Shown: one piece after another, positions 29,338 through 39,326 of the stretch
Layout: the number at the start of each line of letters is the position of its first letter
Numbering within the stretch: position 1 is the stretch's first letter
Assembly (NCBI GenBank): GCA_964583615.1
Contig: CAZOWM010000003.1
Coordinates: 30,934-94,933 of the forward strand
Source of the DNA: an uncultured Spirochaetota bacterium
GTDB taxonomy: Bacteria > Spirochaetota > B62-G9 > DRHN01
DNA length: 64,000 bases
Direction: 5' to 3'
Notes under the pieces: model-generated
Told to the model about the DNA's origin: nothing
Database searches by the model: none
The model's input: the letters and a program-made list of their open reading frames with translations, nothing else
Translations under genes and position numbers: made by a program

Positions 29338-30114
29338 ATGGAATATACAACCGTAAAAGTGGAGATAAAAGATGGAGTGAGTACAGTCACACTGAATTGT
29401 CCGGAAAAACTCAATACCTTCAGCACCGCACTCGCCAGAGAGCTCAACAGCGCGCTGAAGGAGCTCGATGCTGAGAGGGCCGTCCGTGTGGTTGTGATCA
29501 GGGGAGAAGGAAAACATTTCTGTGCAGGAATAGACCTCACCGAGATGAAGGGGAAAGACACCGTCGGGCTCAGAGAGTGGATCAGGGATATGGACGCGCA
29601 CAATTTCACCATCGCGCGGATGGAAAAACCTGTCATTGCCTCTGTTCACGGTGCGGCTGTTGCAAACGGACTCGGACTCGCCTGTGCGTGCGACCTCACC
29701 GTGGCTGCTGAAGACGCCCGGTTCGGTGCAACCGCGATCAATGTGGGCCTGTACTGTTTTGGGCCGTCTGCTCCACTTTCCCGGTGCGTGGGAAAAAAGA
29801 GAGCATTGCAGCTCCTCCTCACGGGAGAGATCATAGATGCGCACACAGCTCTGGATTATGGTATTGTAAACCGAGTCGTCGCCAGGGAAAAACTGAATGA
29901 AGAAACCCTGGCACTTGCCGCTGAACTCGCAGGGAAAAGCCCGCTCGCCCTTCGTATGGCAAAATCCTCCTACTACTCCATGTCAGATATGGGATACGAG
30001 AAGGCCCTCACATACCTCGGAGAGGTATTCACACTGCTTTGCTGTACGGACGATGCAAAAGAGGGTGTCGATTCTTTTCTCAACAAGCGAAAACCCGAGT
30101 GGAAGGAGCGCTAA
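29338..30114 (+). CDS. enoyl-CoA hydratase/isomerase (crotonase) family protein
   Basis: 258 aa. The oxyanion-hole region KHFCAGIDL and crotonase fold motifs run throughout. Confidence 0.8.
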   Translation: MEYTTVKVEIKDGVSTVTLNCPEKLNTFSTALARELNSALKELDAERAVRVVVIRGEGKHFCAGIDLTEMKGKDTVGLREWIRDMDAHNFTIARMEKPVIASVHGAAVANGLGLACACDLTVAAEDARFGATAINVGLYCFGPSAPLSRCVGKKRALQLLLTGEIIDAHTALDYGIVNRVVAREKLNEETLALAAELAGKSPLALRMAKSSYYSMSDMGYEKALTYLGEVFTLLCCTDDAKEGVDSFLNKRKPEWKER

Positions 30115-30180
30115 TCCTGTTTCCAGGGCTTCGCCTCCTTCTTTTCACCCCGAACCTGCGGTTGGGACCCCAAAACGGCG

Positions 30181-31617
30181 TTATTCGACGTTGCAGATGT
30201 AGCTTTGCTCCATTTCAGTGTAGGTGATTGAGCACTCCTTTCCAAGAGTGCGTTCCGCCTCCTCCACCGCCTCTTCTACGGTATGAAAGGGTTCGAACCC
30301 AACAAGACGGGCCGCTTCGAAATCTTTTGCCCCTGCAAGAAAGACTCTGGAAAGATACCTGAATCCGTATGCACCCTGCCCGTAGAGAATAAACGGGTGC
30401 GCGCCGTGAAACCCAAACCCATACCTGTATTTGTGTACGTATTCGGGCCTGTGGGCAAACTCCTCTGCATAGAGCTCCCACAGCTCAAAAGGGTCTTTCA
30501 GATGGGGCAGCAGTCTCTCGAACATTTCGACGTAGGATGGATACTTCACACGGTCGAATGTTCGGGTGCATGGGTGTACGAGGATGATGATTCCCTTCTC
30601 TCTCACCAATGGCCTGTTCTGAAACAGTCCGAAACTGTAGGACATACCGAGGTTTCTCACCAGTATGGGGTTGGTTTGTGACATCTTGGAGTATGGGTCC
30701 CTGCTGTTTCCCATCCCATACACCACCATATCAGACTGCCCGTTAACGGTTTCCACGTGCTGTTTCTGCAGTATTTCCAGTGTCTTTTTATGAGCCTCAG
30801 GAGGGTGCCCCGCAACAACTTGAACAACTGCCTGAGGAATCTCGTTGTTCATCGCCGCCTCTATCTGAAAATAGCGTCGTCCCCTTCGGGCAAGCTCCTT
30901 CTCTATCACCGCTCCCATCTCGTTTAAAAGCTTCGGGAAGGCGGAACGCTCAGGATCCATTGTTGATTTTCCCCCGGCCTTCGGGTAGGGTCGATGGTGA
31001 TGGCGTATACTGCGGTAGCTCGAGAGCCCCACTACGGCAGACTTCCAGCCTCCGTTGAAGTGAGACCAGGGATTGCTCACGTAAATAAACTGGTCGGAAT
31101 CGACAACGAGGCGGTTTACTTCCACCTCCATGTTTCGCTTCGTTTCGCCCAGAAAGCGGAGATTGCCTGCGTCTTCCGCGTCATGATTGAAGAGTGAGCT
31201 CGGGCCCCATCGATACCCGATATCTTCACCGATGATTGTGCTGAGCTCTCTTGTCGTCCACTTCCTGTGGAGACCCACAGCGCACACGAGACGGATATTT
31301 CCCCGATCTACTCCGAGGCCATCGAGCTCCTGGAGCAGTACCTTGACGGCCACTCCACGAAAATCAGGCTGTCTCTGCGCAGGGCAGAATCCTATGGGGT
31401 CGTCAAACCCGATGGTCACCACAGACTTCGGCCCCACAAGCTTTGAGAGCGGCTCATGTTCGATGGGATTGTTGAGTGCATCCCGAACTGCCTTTTCGAT
31501 GTCATGCAGAGCCGGGATCGGGGGTGTCGTCTGCCTTATTATTCTCGTTCTCTGGGGAAGTTTTGCTTCGAGGAAACTCGTGCCGTAAGGAATAAAAAAC
31601 CTGTTTTCGTCTTTCAT
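30181..31617 (-). CDS. LarA-like (DUF2088, lactate racemase N-terminal domain) protein
   Basis: N-terminal pattern FIPYG...LP, P.P.L.D..A...AL..PI, TIGFDD, AVGLHR, NGGWKSAV matches the DUF2088/LarA superfamily. Start MKDENRFF preferred. Confidence 0.55.
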   Translation of the reverse strand: MKDENRFFIPYGTSFLEAKLPQRTRIIRQTTPPIPALHDIEKAVRDALNNPIEHEPLSKLVGPKSVVTIGFDDPIGFCPAQRQPDFRGVAVKVLLQELDGLGVDRGNIRLVCAVGLHRKWTTRELSTIIGEDIGYRWGPSSLFNHDAEDAGNLRFLGETKRNMEVEVNRLVVDSDQFIYVSNPWSHFNGGWKSAVVGLSSYRSIRHHHRPYPKAGGKSTMDPERSAFPKLLNEMGAVIEKELARRGRRYFQIEAAMNNEIPQAVVQVVAGHPPEAHKKTLEILQKQHVETVNGQSDMVVYGMGNSRDPYSKMSQTNPILVRNLGMSYSFGLFQNRPLVREKGIIILVHPCTRTFDRVKYPSYVEMFERLLPHLKDPFELWELYAEEFAHRPEYVHKYRYGFGFHGAHPFILYGQGAYGFRYLSRVFLAGAKDFEAARLVGFEPFHTVEEAVEEAERTLGKECSITYTEMEQSYICNVE

Positions 31618-31681
31618 CGTTTCATCCTCAACACAGCAGAAGCCGGGCACCAAGGCTAGGTGGAAAACTGAGAGATGTCTT

Positions 31682-31990
31682 CTACACCTTTTTTGACTTT
31701 TGTATCTCTTCCTCGACTTCTTCAGCGCCTTCGGTGTAGAACTTTTCTTCTTCCGGCGCCAGCTCTCTCAACAAACGGAGAAACTCACCTGCATGTACGC
31801 GCTCTTCGTCAGCGATATCCTTTAGTACATCGATGGCGAGCTGGTTATCCGTTGAGTCCGCAAGCTGCATGTAAAGCTGGATAGCTTCGTATTCTGCCGC
31901 TATCATGAAGCGTATCGCTCTAATTAACTCTTCATGCGTCAGTTTGCGGTCATTGGCAAGACCTGAAAATGGAGATCCGAATTCAGGCAT
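31682..31990 (-). CDS. small ferritin-like diiron (rubrerythrin-family) protein
   Basis: ~102 aa from ATG 31990 (GGAGGG RBS). Motifs IAAEYEAIQLYMQLA and ADEERVHAGEF form an E...E-x-x-H diiron-type site. Confidence 0.55.
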   Translation of the reverse strand: MPEFGSPFSGLANDRKLTHEELIRAIRFMIAAEYEAIQLYMQLADSTDNQLAIDVLKDIADEERVHAGEFLRLLRELAPEEEKFYTEGAEEVEEEIQKSKKV

Positions 31991-32101
31991 TATAGTCCTC
32001 CCTTCTCCTGTGTATTGGTTTTTTATACGCCCTGTACAGAAATCGAACCGATCCCGAGTTTCGGTCACTGAATATGCGTGCAGAGCACACGAGGAGCTTC
32101 C

Positions 32102-32479
32102 CTACAGCAGTTTCTCCGCCCCGCAGTAGACCTCTTCCACTCTCAGCGCTGCCGCAGCGTTGCCTGGATGCTTGGTCGGATTCCACGATTTCATGTTTTC
32201 GAACAGTTTACCGCTTTTGTGATACTCGATGGAACCCTTTATCTGGTACGATTTTTTGTCCTCTGTGATGAACAGCAGAGAGCCCTTGCTTCCCGCAAGA
32301 ATATTTCTCCGCGTCTTGTCGAAGTAGTTGTCTGCAACCACAATGGTCTCATTGTCGTACAGGCTGACACAGGTGACGTATATGGTATTCGGTGTTCCGC
32401 TGTTGTTCACAGTGCCGAATATCACTGGCCCATTTCGTTGTTCCCATGCGTCAGCAACGAAGTGTGGAAGTGATGCCAT
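32102..32479 (-). CDS. pyridoxamine 5'-phosphate oxidase-like FMN-binding split-barrel protein
   Basis: 125 aa; PNPOx-like fold pattern (NTIYVTCVSLYDNETIVVADNYFDKT). Confidence 0.55.
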   Translation of the reverse strand: MASLPHFVADAWEQRNGPVIFGTVNNSGTPNTIYVTCVSLYDNETIVVADNYFDKTRRNILAGSKGSLLFITEDKKSYQIKGSIEYHKSGKLFENMKSWNPTKHPGNAAAALRVEEVYCGAEKLL

Positions 32480-32532
32480 GTTTTATCCTCCATGTATGTA
32501 TGCACGTACATTTATTGTCCTGAATTGCGAAT

Positions 32533-32563
32533 GCAAAAAATTTCACGCGCCCTTTACCGCGTG
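32533..32563 (-). terminator. intrinsic terminator of tkt (hairpin overlaps the stop codon)
   Basis: Minus-strand RNA: CACGCG, an 8-nt loop, CGCGUG (6-bp GC stem), then AAAUUUUUUGC. The TGA stop lies in the 3' arm of the stem. Confidence 0.45.
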
Positions 32564-34555
32564 CTCAGCCTCCTCTGCAACGCGCTCGGGGGTGAATCCG
32601 AACTGTTCTTTTAACACTTTCATGGGGGCAGAGGCTCCGAAACGATCGTGTGTGATAAACCGTCCCCTTTCACCCGCATATTTGTGCCAGCCCTGCCGGA
32701 CTCCCGCCTCGATCACGACGCGGGCCTTGAGCGCCGGAGGAATTACCTCATCGCGGTAGGACTGCGGTTGCATTTCGAAAAGCTCCCAGCTCGGCATGGA
32801 TACGACTCGTGTTTTCATCCCTCTTTTCACGATAAGCTCCTCTGCTTCGAGTGCGAGCGAAACCTCTGACCCTGTCGCAATAAGGAGCACATCTGGGGCG
32901 CCTGCAGGCGGGTCTGAAAGAACATAGGCTCCTTTGGCTAGGTTTTCCGCGTGTGCATATGTGGATCGATCGATAATAGGCAGGCCCTGCCTGCTGAATA
33001 TCAGTGCAATCGGCCCTTCCTTGTGGGAGAGTGCAAACTTCCACGCTTCCACTGTCTCGTTTGCATCGGCAGGCCGGATGACGATCAGATTGGGTATCGC
33101 GCGAAGTGCGGCGATGTGCTCCACTGATTGATGGGTTGGGCCGTCTTCTCCGAGCCAGACACTGTCATGTGTGTATACCCATATTGTGTGCAGTGATGCG
33201 AGGGCGGATATTCGAACAGAGCCGCGCATATAATCGGAAAACGTAAGAAATGTTCCTCCAAAGGGAATGACTCCGCCGTGGCAGGCCATTCCGTTCACGG
33301 CAGCGCCCATGGCGTGTTCACGCACTCCGAATCGAATGTTTCTCCCGCCCGGATTGGATGACTGCTGTTCTGCTATTTCCTTCATGTAGGTATTCGTTGA
33401 TGGCGCGAGATCCGCTGATCCTCCGATCAGGTTCGGGACCACCCTGGCCGCTGCATTGATGACCGAACCGGAAACTTTTCGTGTGGCGACTGCGCCGTCC
33501 GAAGGCGAAAAAGAGGGGAGCGCATTCTGCCATCCTGAGGGCAGGTCGCCGGCCCACATGAGATCCCACTGCCGGGCCATATCGGGGTACTTTTTCCTGT
33601 AGCTCTCAAAGAGGGATTTCCACTCACTTTCCATTTGCCCGCCTTTGTCGAGTGCCTTTTTGTAGTGCAAAGCCACATCATCAGGAATGTAGAACTCAGG
33701 CTCCAGGGGCCAGCCGAGATTGCTCTTCGTAATCTTTACCTCGTCGGGCCCGAGCGGTGCTCCGTGGATGCCGGAAGTTCCCGACTTATTTGGACTTCCG
33801 AATCCGATGGTCGTGTGGATATCGATCAAGGTGGGGCGCTCGGTTTGTTCTTCTGCCGCCGTGAGCGCATTTCTGATCCCTTCGATATCTTTGTCCCCGT
33901 CATTTACCTCGAGCACCTGCCAGCCATAGCTTTCAAATCGTTTTTTCACATCTTCCGTAAAAGAAACTTCGGTGGGGGCAGCGAGGGATATTTTATTGTC
34001 GTCGTAGAGTACGTTGAGCTTTCCAAGTTTGAGGTGGCCTGCGAGGGAGGCCGCCTCCGAGGCAACCCCTTCCATCATATCTCCGTCACTCGCGAGAACC
34101 CATGTGCGGTGATCGATGATGTCGTATCCTTCACGGTTAAAGAAGTGTGCCAAAAACCGTTCCGCGATGGCCATACCGACACTGTTACTGATTCCCTGGC
34201 CAAGAGGGCCGGTTGTCGACTCAACACCGGGGGTCAAGTGGCTTTCGGGATGGCCCGGGGTAAGACTTCCGTACTGTCTGAACAGCCGCAACTGCTCCAT
34301 TGTCATATGGTCATAACCCGTGAGATGGAGCAGAGAGTAGAGCAACATCGAGCCGTGACCACCGGAGAGAACGAACCTGTCTCGGTCCGGCCACTGTGGA
34401 TTATTTGGGTTGTGTTTTAAAAATTCAGACCAGAGTACATACGCCATTGGAGCCGCCCCCATGGGAAGGCCCGGGTGTCCAGAGTTTGCCTTCTGGATCG
34501 CATCAACAGCTAAAAACCGTATCGTATTGATTGCCCGAGCTTCAATGTCAGTCAT
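32543..34555 (-). CDS. tkt: transketolase
   Basis: 670 aa. N-terminus ...[18 protein letters not shown] motif GDGDMMEG, and a transketolase C-domain. Confidence 0.9.
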   Translation of the reverse strand: MTDIEARAINTIRFLAVDAIQKANSGHPGLPMGAAPMAYVLWSEFLKHNPNNPQWPDRDRFVLSGGHGSMLLYSLLHLTGYDHMTMEQLRLFRQYGSLTPGHPESHLTPGVESTTGPLGQGISNSVGMAIAERFLAHFFNREGYDIIDHRTWVLASDGDMMEGVASEAASLAGHLKLGKLNVLYDDNKISLAAPTEVSFTEDVKKRFESYGWQVLEVNDGDKDIEGIRNALTAAEEQTERPTLIDIHTTIGFGSPNKSGTSGIHGAPLGPDEVKITKSNLGWPLEPEFYIPDDVALHYKKALDKGGQMESEWKSLFESYRKKYPDMARQWDLMWAGDLPSGWQNALPSFSPSDGAVATRKVSGSVINAAARVVPNLIGGSADLAPSTNTYMKEIAEQQSSNPGGRNIRFGVREHAMGAAVNGMACHGGVIPFGGTFLTFSDYMRGSVRISALASLHTIWVYTHDSVWLGEDGPTHQSVEHIAALRAIPNLIVIRPADANETVEAWKFALSHKEGPIALIFSRQGLPIIDRSTYAHAENLAKGAYVLSDPPAGAPDVLLIATGSEVSLALEAEELIVKRGMKTRVVSMPSWELFEMQPQSYRDEVIPPALKARVVIEAGVRQGWHKYAGERGRFITHDRFGASAPMKVLKEQFGFTPERVAEEAEHAVKGA

Positions 34556-34786
34556 GATACCCGCTCCTTTTCAATTTTTGATAAACGATCACTAAAATAG
34601 CAGGAATTTGCACGTTGTCAAACATATTTTCCCCTCTCTGCGGAATGGAGCACGATAAACACACAGAACGGAGACCGTCTTGCCGACCTCAGAAGCTCAC
34701 TTGAGAAAAAAAGGAGTGAAATTGGGGCAAGGTATCTCGACATCGGGCTCGCATACATATGGAAATAAACCATGTTCAGGCGAAGC

Positions 34787-36028
34787 TCATGCATCGGGGT
34801 CCGGATAACGGCGGGCAATTGACTCCAGCACATCTAGGCAACTGAAGAAGGCATCAACCACCTCAGGATCGAACTTTTTCCCGTTCTGGTCTCTGATCTC
34901 CTGCAGAACCCTTTCCCTGTCCCAGGCTTCTTTGTACGCACGACGCGATCTGAGCGCGTCATAGACATCGGCGATCGCTACAATCCTTCCAAAAATCGGT
35001 ATCTGCTCTCCTTTGAGCCCAACAACTTTGCCCTGTGAGTCGGTCTTTATCGGTTTCCCCGTGTTGACATTGATGTATCCCGGATACCCCGTTCCATCCC
35101 AGTTCTCATGGTGGCGTAGTGCTGCCTGAGAAGCAATTTCATCGAACTCGGACTGCTTTTCCAGGAACAAGCGCGCCCCCAGATAGGTATGCCCTTCCAT
35201 AAGAGCCCGCTCCTTTGTTGTGAGCTTTCCCGGTTTCTTGAGAATCACGTCGGATATTGCGACCTTTCCGACATCGTGCACCATTGCGGCCATACGGAGA
35301 ACGTCTCTCTTCTTGTTGATTTCTTCCGACGTGATGTTGCGTCTCTGCGCCCATTTCTCATAGATTTCGATTGCATATGTCGCAACTCTGTTGACGTGAG
35401 GACCGGTCTCCATGGGGTCTCTGAGCTCTGCCATCGCAATCATCCTGAGAAGGAGAGCACGAGTCAGCCGTGCTCTCTGCAGGGCCATACTCGCGGTACT
35501 TGCAAAGTGAAGGCAGAGGACCTCATCCTCTTCATCAAAGGAAATCACCTCATTTTTTCCGTTATGCTTGTTTATGAGCTGCAGCACGCCGATTATCTCT
35601 CCCCTGTTGCTTTTCAGAGGAACGGTGAGCGTTGAGGTGGTTTTATAGCCGGTAACTTTGTCATAACTGGAATCGAAGTGATAAGGAGATTCTTCCGGAA
35701 TTGTATACATGTCTGGAATAATCAGCGTTTCGCCGGTTGCCGCTACGTATCCGGCAATCGACTTCTTGTTGATTCTCACTCGAAATGTCAGGTAGATAAG
35801 TTTCTGACCCTTGGGGAGCGATTTTTGCTTCGTATCGTTCTGAGCATAACTGAATACGAGGTCTTCGCCATCTTTGATATATATGGAACCGGCATCCGCA
35901 TGCGTAATCGAACGGGCTTCCGTCAATATTCTTTCGAGCAGAATATCCAGGTCCTGTACCATGGAGAGCTCGGTATCGAGACGGATAATCTCCTTCAATC
36001 GTGCAGCTTCACTATCCATTGCATCCAT
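34787..36028 (-). CDS. GAF-domain HD-GYP phosphodiesterase
   Basis: N-terminal GAF (ITHADAGSIYI...) and C-terminal HD-GYP (HHENWDGTGYPGY, MVHDVGK). Start MDAMDSE (ATG 36028) has an RBS and avoids overlap with the upstream gene. Confidence 0.75.
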   Translation of the reverse strand: MDAMDSEAARLKEIIRLDTELSMVQDLDILLERILTEARSITHADAGSIYIKDGEDLVFSYAQNDTKQKSLPKGQKLIYLTFRVRINKKSIAGYVAATGETLIIPDMYTIPEESPYHFDSSYDKVTGYKTTSTLTVPLKSNRGEIIGVLQLINKHNGKNEVISFDEEDEVLCLHFASTASMALQRARLTRALLLRMIAMAELRDPMETGPHVNRVATYAIEIYEKWAQRRNITSEEINKKRDVLRMAAMVHDVGKVAISDVILKKPGKLTTKERALMEGHTYLGARLFLEKQSEFDEIASQAALRHHENWDGTGYPGYINVNTGKPIKTDSQGKVVGLKGEQIPIFGRIVAIADVYDALRSRRAYKEAWDRERVLQEIRDQNGKKFDPEVVDAFFSCLDVLESIARRYPDPDA

Positions 36029-36092
36029 AGCCTTTTTGTATATATCGACACCAATACTCTGTTTGCTGAATATCCTTCCGGAACAACGATGA

Positions 36093-37289
36093 TCACATTT
36101 TTGTGTTTTCCGGACGTATATACATACTATGGAGGCCGCCTTCATTCACCAGCCCGAGACACACCTTCAGCCTGACGATCTTTCGAACTGAATCCATTAC
36201 CTGCCTTCTGAAATCGTCGTCTTTGTGTATTTCATCCAGCACCATCTGTATGAAGCGTGGCTCGTCTTGGGGCATGAGTATCATATCGCACCCTGCCCGC
36301 GTGGCTTCAATTGCCGGTTTTGAGAAGTATCGCACCGCATTCATACGCATTGCGTCAGTAACCACGATCCCCCTGAAACCAAGATCCTTTTTCAGCAGCC
36401 CGGTCACAATATCTCTCGACAGCGTCGAGGGAATCCCGTTTGTGTCGTACAAAGAATGATTTCGAATCGCAATGTGGCCCACCATTATGGATATGACGCC
36501 GCTTGCAATAACATCTCGGAATATCGACAGCTCCGGCGGCTCCCCATCAATGAAGATGAGCTCCTTGTGAGTATCACCCCGTACGCTTCCGTGTCCGGGA
36601 AAATGTTTTGCCGTTGCAACGATTCCTGCATGCTGGGTTGACTCTATAAAGGCGATAGACAGCTTCGTCACCTTTTCCACGTCACTCCCAAACGAACGGG
36701 AGCCGATGATATCTTTATTCAGAGAGATGTCGCACACCGGGGCGTAATTCACATGGATGCCGAGCTGTCTCAACATGACCGCGATCACCTCAGCAACCTT
36801 CTGCGCCTCGCCTTCAGTCTCTATTCGGCTTGCACTCGTGACAAACTCCGTTGACCCCAGCCTGGATCGCACGAATGACGGTTCTCCGTCCAACGCGTAG
36901 AGCGGCAGAAGTACGGAAAGCGTCTTTTTCGCTGTCTCGGTAAAAAGCTGAGTGAGATTCAGGATCTCTGTATTGGATTTCGCAAAAAAGATCACTCCGC
37001 CTGTCAACTTCTTCTCAATGAGATCCACAACTACGTTCGAAGGATTTCCTTCTGGATTACAGTAGGTAACGACCATCTGAGAGATTTTCTCCTGTTCGGT
37101 GAGAGCCTCCATGATGGACTCGACAATTACATCGAGCTCTCCGTCGATAGCATAGAAATCTTCCAGATCGAACTGTCCATTGATATTCCCTATGAAAACT
37201 CCAGACTCCTGCGCCTCGATAAAACGGGGACTGTTCAGAAAGAAAATACCAAAAAAGACGCTGATGCAGCATATCGATATTCTTCTCAT
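36093..37289 (-). CDS. secreted glycoside hydrolase family 3 N-terminal-domain protein (NagZ-like beta-hexosaminidase)
   Basis: Signal peptide MRRISICCISVFFGIFFL; GH3 motifs KHFPGHG and VVTDAMRM. Confidence 0.75.
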   Translation of the reverse strand: MRRISICCISVFFGIFFLNSPRFIEAQESGVFIGNINGQFDLEDFYAIDGELDVIVESIMEALTEQEKISQMVVTYCNPEGNPSNVVVDLIEKKLTGGVIFFAKSNTEILNLTQLFTETAKKTLSVLLPLYALDGEPSFVRSRLGSTEFVTSASRIETEGEAQKVAEVIAVMLRQLGIHVNYAPVCDISLNKDIIGSRSFGSDVEKVTKLSIAFIESTQHAGIVATAKHFPGHGSVRGDTHKELIFIDGEPPELSIFRDVIASGVISIMVGHIAIRNHSLYDTNGIPSTLSRDIVTGLLKKDLGFRGIVVTDAMRMNAVRYFSKPAIEATRAGCDMILMPQDEPRFIQMVLDEIHKDDDFRRQVMDSVRKIVRLKVCLGLVNEGGLHSMYIRPENTKM

Positions 37290-37365
37290 TGCCCCTCCTG
37301 GCCCATCTCACTTTCGTACGGGATTTCTTTCCACGGACAGTTTTTTGTGGGGTTTTCTGTTCGAA

Positions 37366-38082
37366 CTACTTCTCTGCCCATCCGTTGCCCGCGCCGCTCT
37401 TGCAGTCCAAATGCTCAAAGTATGGTTTGATGTCAACGACCGGTGTACGATCGAAAGCATCTATACAAGAGGTAACGATTATGTTTGCCTCTATCTTTTT
37501 GATTTTCACGATGCTGAGTCCGAGGGGGCTGGGCCTGTTCGGTGACCTGCTGGCAAACACACCAACGGTGATTCCTCCTCCTCCGGGCGGTGTGGCGCGC
37601 AGTGATGCGCTGTGCAAGCTGCGGTTGAGGTAGAAAATCACGAAGGCGTAGGTGAAGCGATCGAGTTGATCAAGGCCCTCTTCATAGCGCGGATCGATGA
37701 TGATGCGGAAATCGCCGTCAGCATCCTCCTGAGTCTGCCTCGGTGCAGAGTGTGTGTACGGCGTTCGTATGATTCCAATCCGGTGCAGCTGGTAATGTGT
37801 ATGATTGTGAAGCGCTTGATGCGCCTCCTCATTTTCCGCCTCCACTGCATGTACATGAGATCCGGCATACGTATCCACGCTTTTCAGGGCTTTCGCAATA
37901 TGATCACCTACCTTTTCGGAAAGGTCCACCACGTGTTCCAGATGATGAACCACCTCTTTCAGTCCCATTTCCTTTGCCTTTTTCAGCCCCTTCACGCTCT
38001 CCTTTATGTGCTCCTCGTTGTGATTCATCCAGTAGTCCATCAAGAGTTTCAGCTTTTGTTTTCCGTCGTACTGTTCAACCAT
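37366..38082 (-). CDS. TsaA/TrmO(YaeB)-like domain protein with ~100-aa His-rich N-terminal extension
   Basis: The C-terminal ~140 aa match the UPF0066/TrmO domain (IGIIRTPY..., GVFASRSPNRPSPLGLS, TPVVDIKPY). The N-terminal ~95 aa contain 13 His (HNEEH, HHLEH, HVHAVE, HNHTH). Confidence 0.7.
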   Translation of the reverse strand: MVEQYDGKQKLKLLMDYWMNHNEEHIKESVKGLKKAKEMGLKEVVHHLEHVVDLSEKVGDHIAKALKSVDTYAGSHVHAVEAENEEAHQALHNHTHYQLHRIGIIRTPYTHSAPRQTQEDADGDFRIIIDPRYEEGLDQLDRFTYAFVIFYLNRSLHSASLRATPPGGGGITVGVFASRSPNRPSPLGLSIVKIKKIEANIIVTSCIDAFDRTPVVDIKPYFEHLDCKSGAGNGWAEK

Positions 38083-38086
38083 CCTG

Positions 38087-38281
38087 CTATTCCCTTTCGC
38101 CGAGGATGACCTGGTTCTTTATGAGATCAACCTCCTTGATCACATACCCTTTCAGCACTTTCTTCTCACCAAACAGGGTATTGATTTCAACCGCATCGTT
38201 GCGGCACACAATTTTTGATGCTTCGTCAACGATTACAGAATTCTCGTCGACACTTTTCACAAAGACTTTTGATAAGCACAT
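38087..38281 (-). CDS. CooT-like small nickel-binding protein
   Basis: 64 aa from ATG 38281 (GGAG RBS): MCLSKVFVKSVDENSVIVDEASKIVCRNDAVEINTLFGEKKVLKGYVIKEVDLIKNQVILGERE. The MC-x-x-KV N-terminus with Cys2, TLF-D/E-E and VDL match the CooT family from memory. The longer ORF to 38407 would overlap pspC. Confidence 0.5.
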   Translation of the reverse strand: MCLSKVFVKSVDENSVIVDEASKIVCRNDAVEINTLFGEKKVLKGYVIKEVDLIKNQVILGERE

Positions 38282-38363
38282 ATACTCTGCTCCGGTTATT
38301 GAGGATAGAGTAAATGTATCAATAAAAATCAAGAAAAAAAAGAAATTCCTGTATCCGTGTGTG

Positions 38364-38558
38364 TCAGGGAGTATTCCGCTCCGGCAGGATAATCCATGCA
38401 ACCGCATAGGTGATGAGGAGCGGGACTATTCCTGTTGCCAGCCCAATGAAAACAAACAGCAGGCGTATGAGTTTCGGATCGATGGAGTACAGCTCTCCAA
38501 GCCCTCCGCATATTCCCGCGAGCACCCTGTGATTCCTCGAGCGAAACATTTTTTTCAT
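38364..38558 (-). CDS. PspC-domain small membrane protein
   Basis: 64 aa, R.R.D.K...GVCGGL..Y...D...RL.FV pattern (RSRNHRVLAGICGGLGELYSIDPKLIRLLFV) plus one TM helix. Confidence 0.75.
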   Translation of the reverse strand: MKKMFRSRNHRVLAGICGGLGELYSIDPKLIRLLFVFIGLATGIVPLLITYAVAWIILPERNTP

Positions 38559-39271
38559 ACCACACTCCTTTCATTATTATATTGTCGGGAATGAAAATGA
38601 CGAGCTTTTTATGCCTGTATTCGATATTTGTTCTGGCACTGTGCGACCAGGTGTTTCCCTCGATTCTCACCAGTATCGGAAAAACAACCTTTCAGCAGGG
38701 GCTGCTTCTCTCTTCTCTTTCTCTGCTCCTGCCGTTTTCGTCAGCCTTCGCAGGCCTTGCCGCGGACAGAATGGGGAAAAAAGCCATTCTCACAATCGGA
38801 GCGCTGTTTCTTGCGATTCCCTTTGCGATTTCCGCTCTGGTCGGCAATATATGGATACAAATCGGTGCAGTGGTCCTGTTCGGCGTGGGCATGGGGTCGG
38901 TGGAAGGCCAGGCCTCTGCACTGCTCACCGACATTCACCCGGGAAAAGAACGCTCGATTCTGAACCTCTCCCAGGTCTTCTTCTGCTTCGGTGCCGCAGG
39001 AGGTCCGTTTCTTATTTCTCTCGCCTTTCGTTTCATTCCCGATCTCGGTCTTCCCACCCTGCTTCTTGCATCTGCCGCTGTTGCCTCTTCTGTGGTTCTT
39101 GGGTTCCTTGTCCTCAAAGACAATGGCCACCCTCACGGAGCGGTTCCGCCTTCCGGTTTCAAACGAGTACTCCTCGACAAAACCGGCAGGCTTCTGCTCG
39201 TTTCGATGTTCCTCTACGTCACCGTCGAAAGAGGCATTGCCGGATGGATTGTAAAATACATGGAGGAACAA

Positions 39272-39288
39272 TTTTTTTTTTCAAAAAA
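39272..39288 (+). repeat. homopolymer pair T10-C-A6 inside the MFS cytoplasmic loop
   Basis: ...caa tttttttttt c aaaaaa cagc...; encodes FFFSKN. A slippage-prone tract 30 nt upstream of the G8 frameshift site. Confidence 0.6.
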
Positions 39289-39318
39289 CAGCAGCGCCCT
39301 TCAGTCTCACCGTGTATT

Positions 39319-39326
39319 GGGGGGGG
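39319..39326 (+). repeat. poly-G (G8) tract at the MFS frameshift site
   Basis: Both overlapping ORFs translate this tract (frame 1 L-G-G-D; frame 2 W-G-G-M), which fixes the run length at 8. Confidence 0.6.

Noticed and set aside
33635-34420. 261-aa plus-strand ORF
   Set aside because: Antisense to transketolase; shadow ORF.
38087-38407. Longer 106-aa version of the CooT-like ORF
   Set aside because: It would overlap the PspC-domain gene by 44 nt and adds a non-conserved, partly hydrophobic N-terminus. The internal ATG at 38281 has a GGAG RBS and gives the CooT-like MC start.
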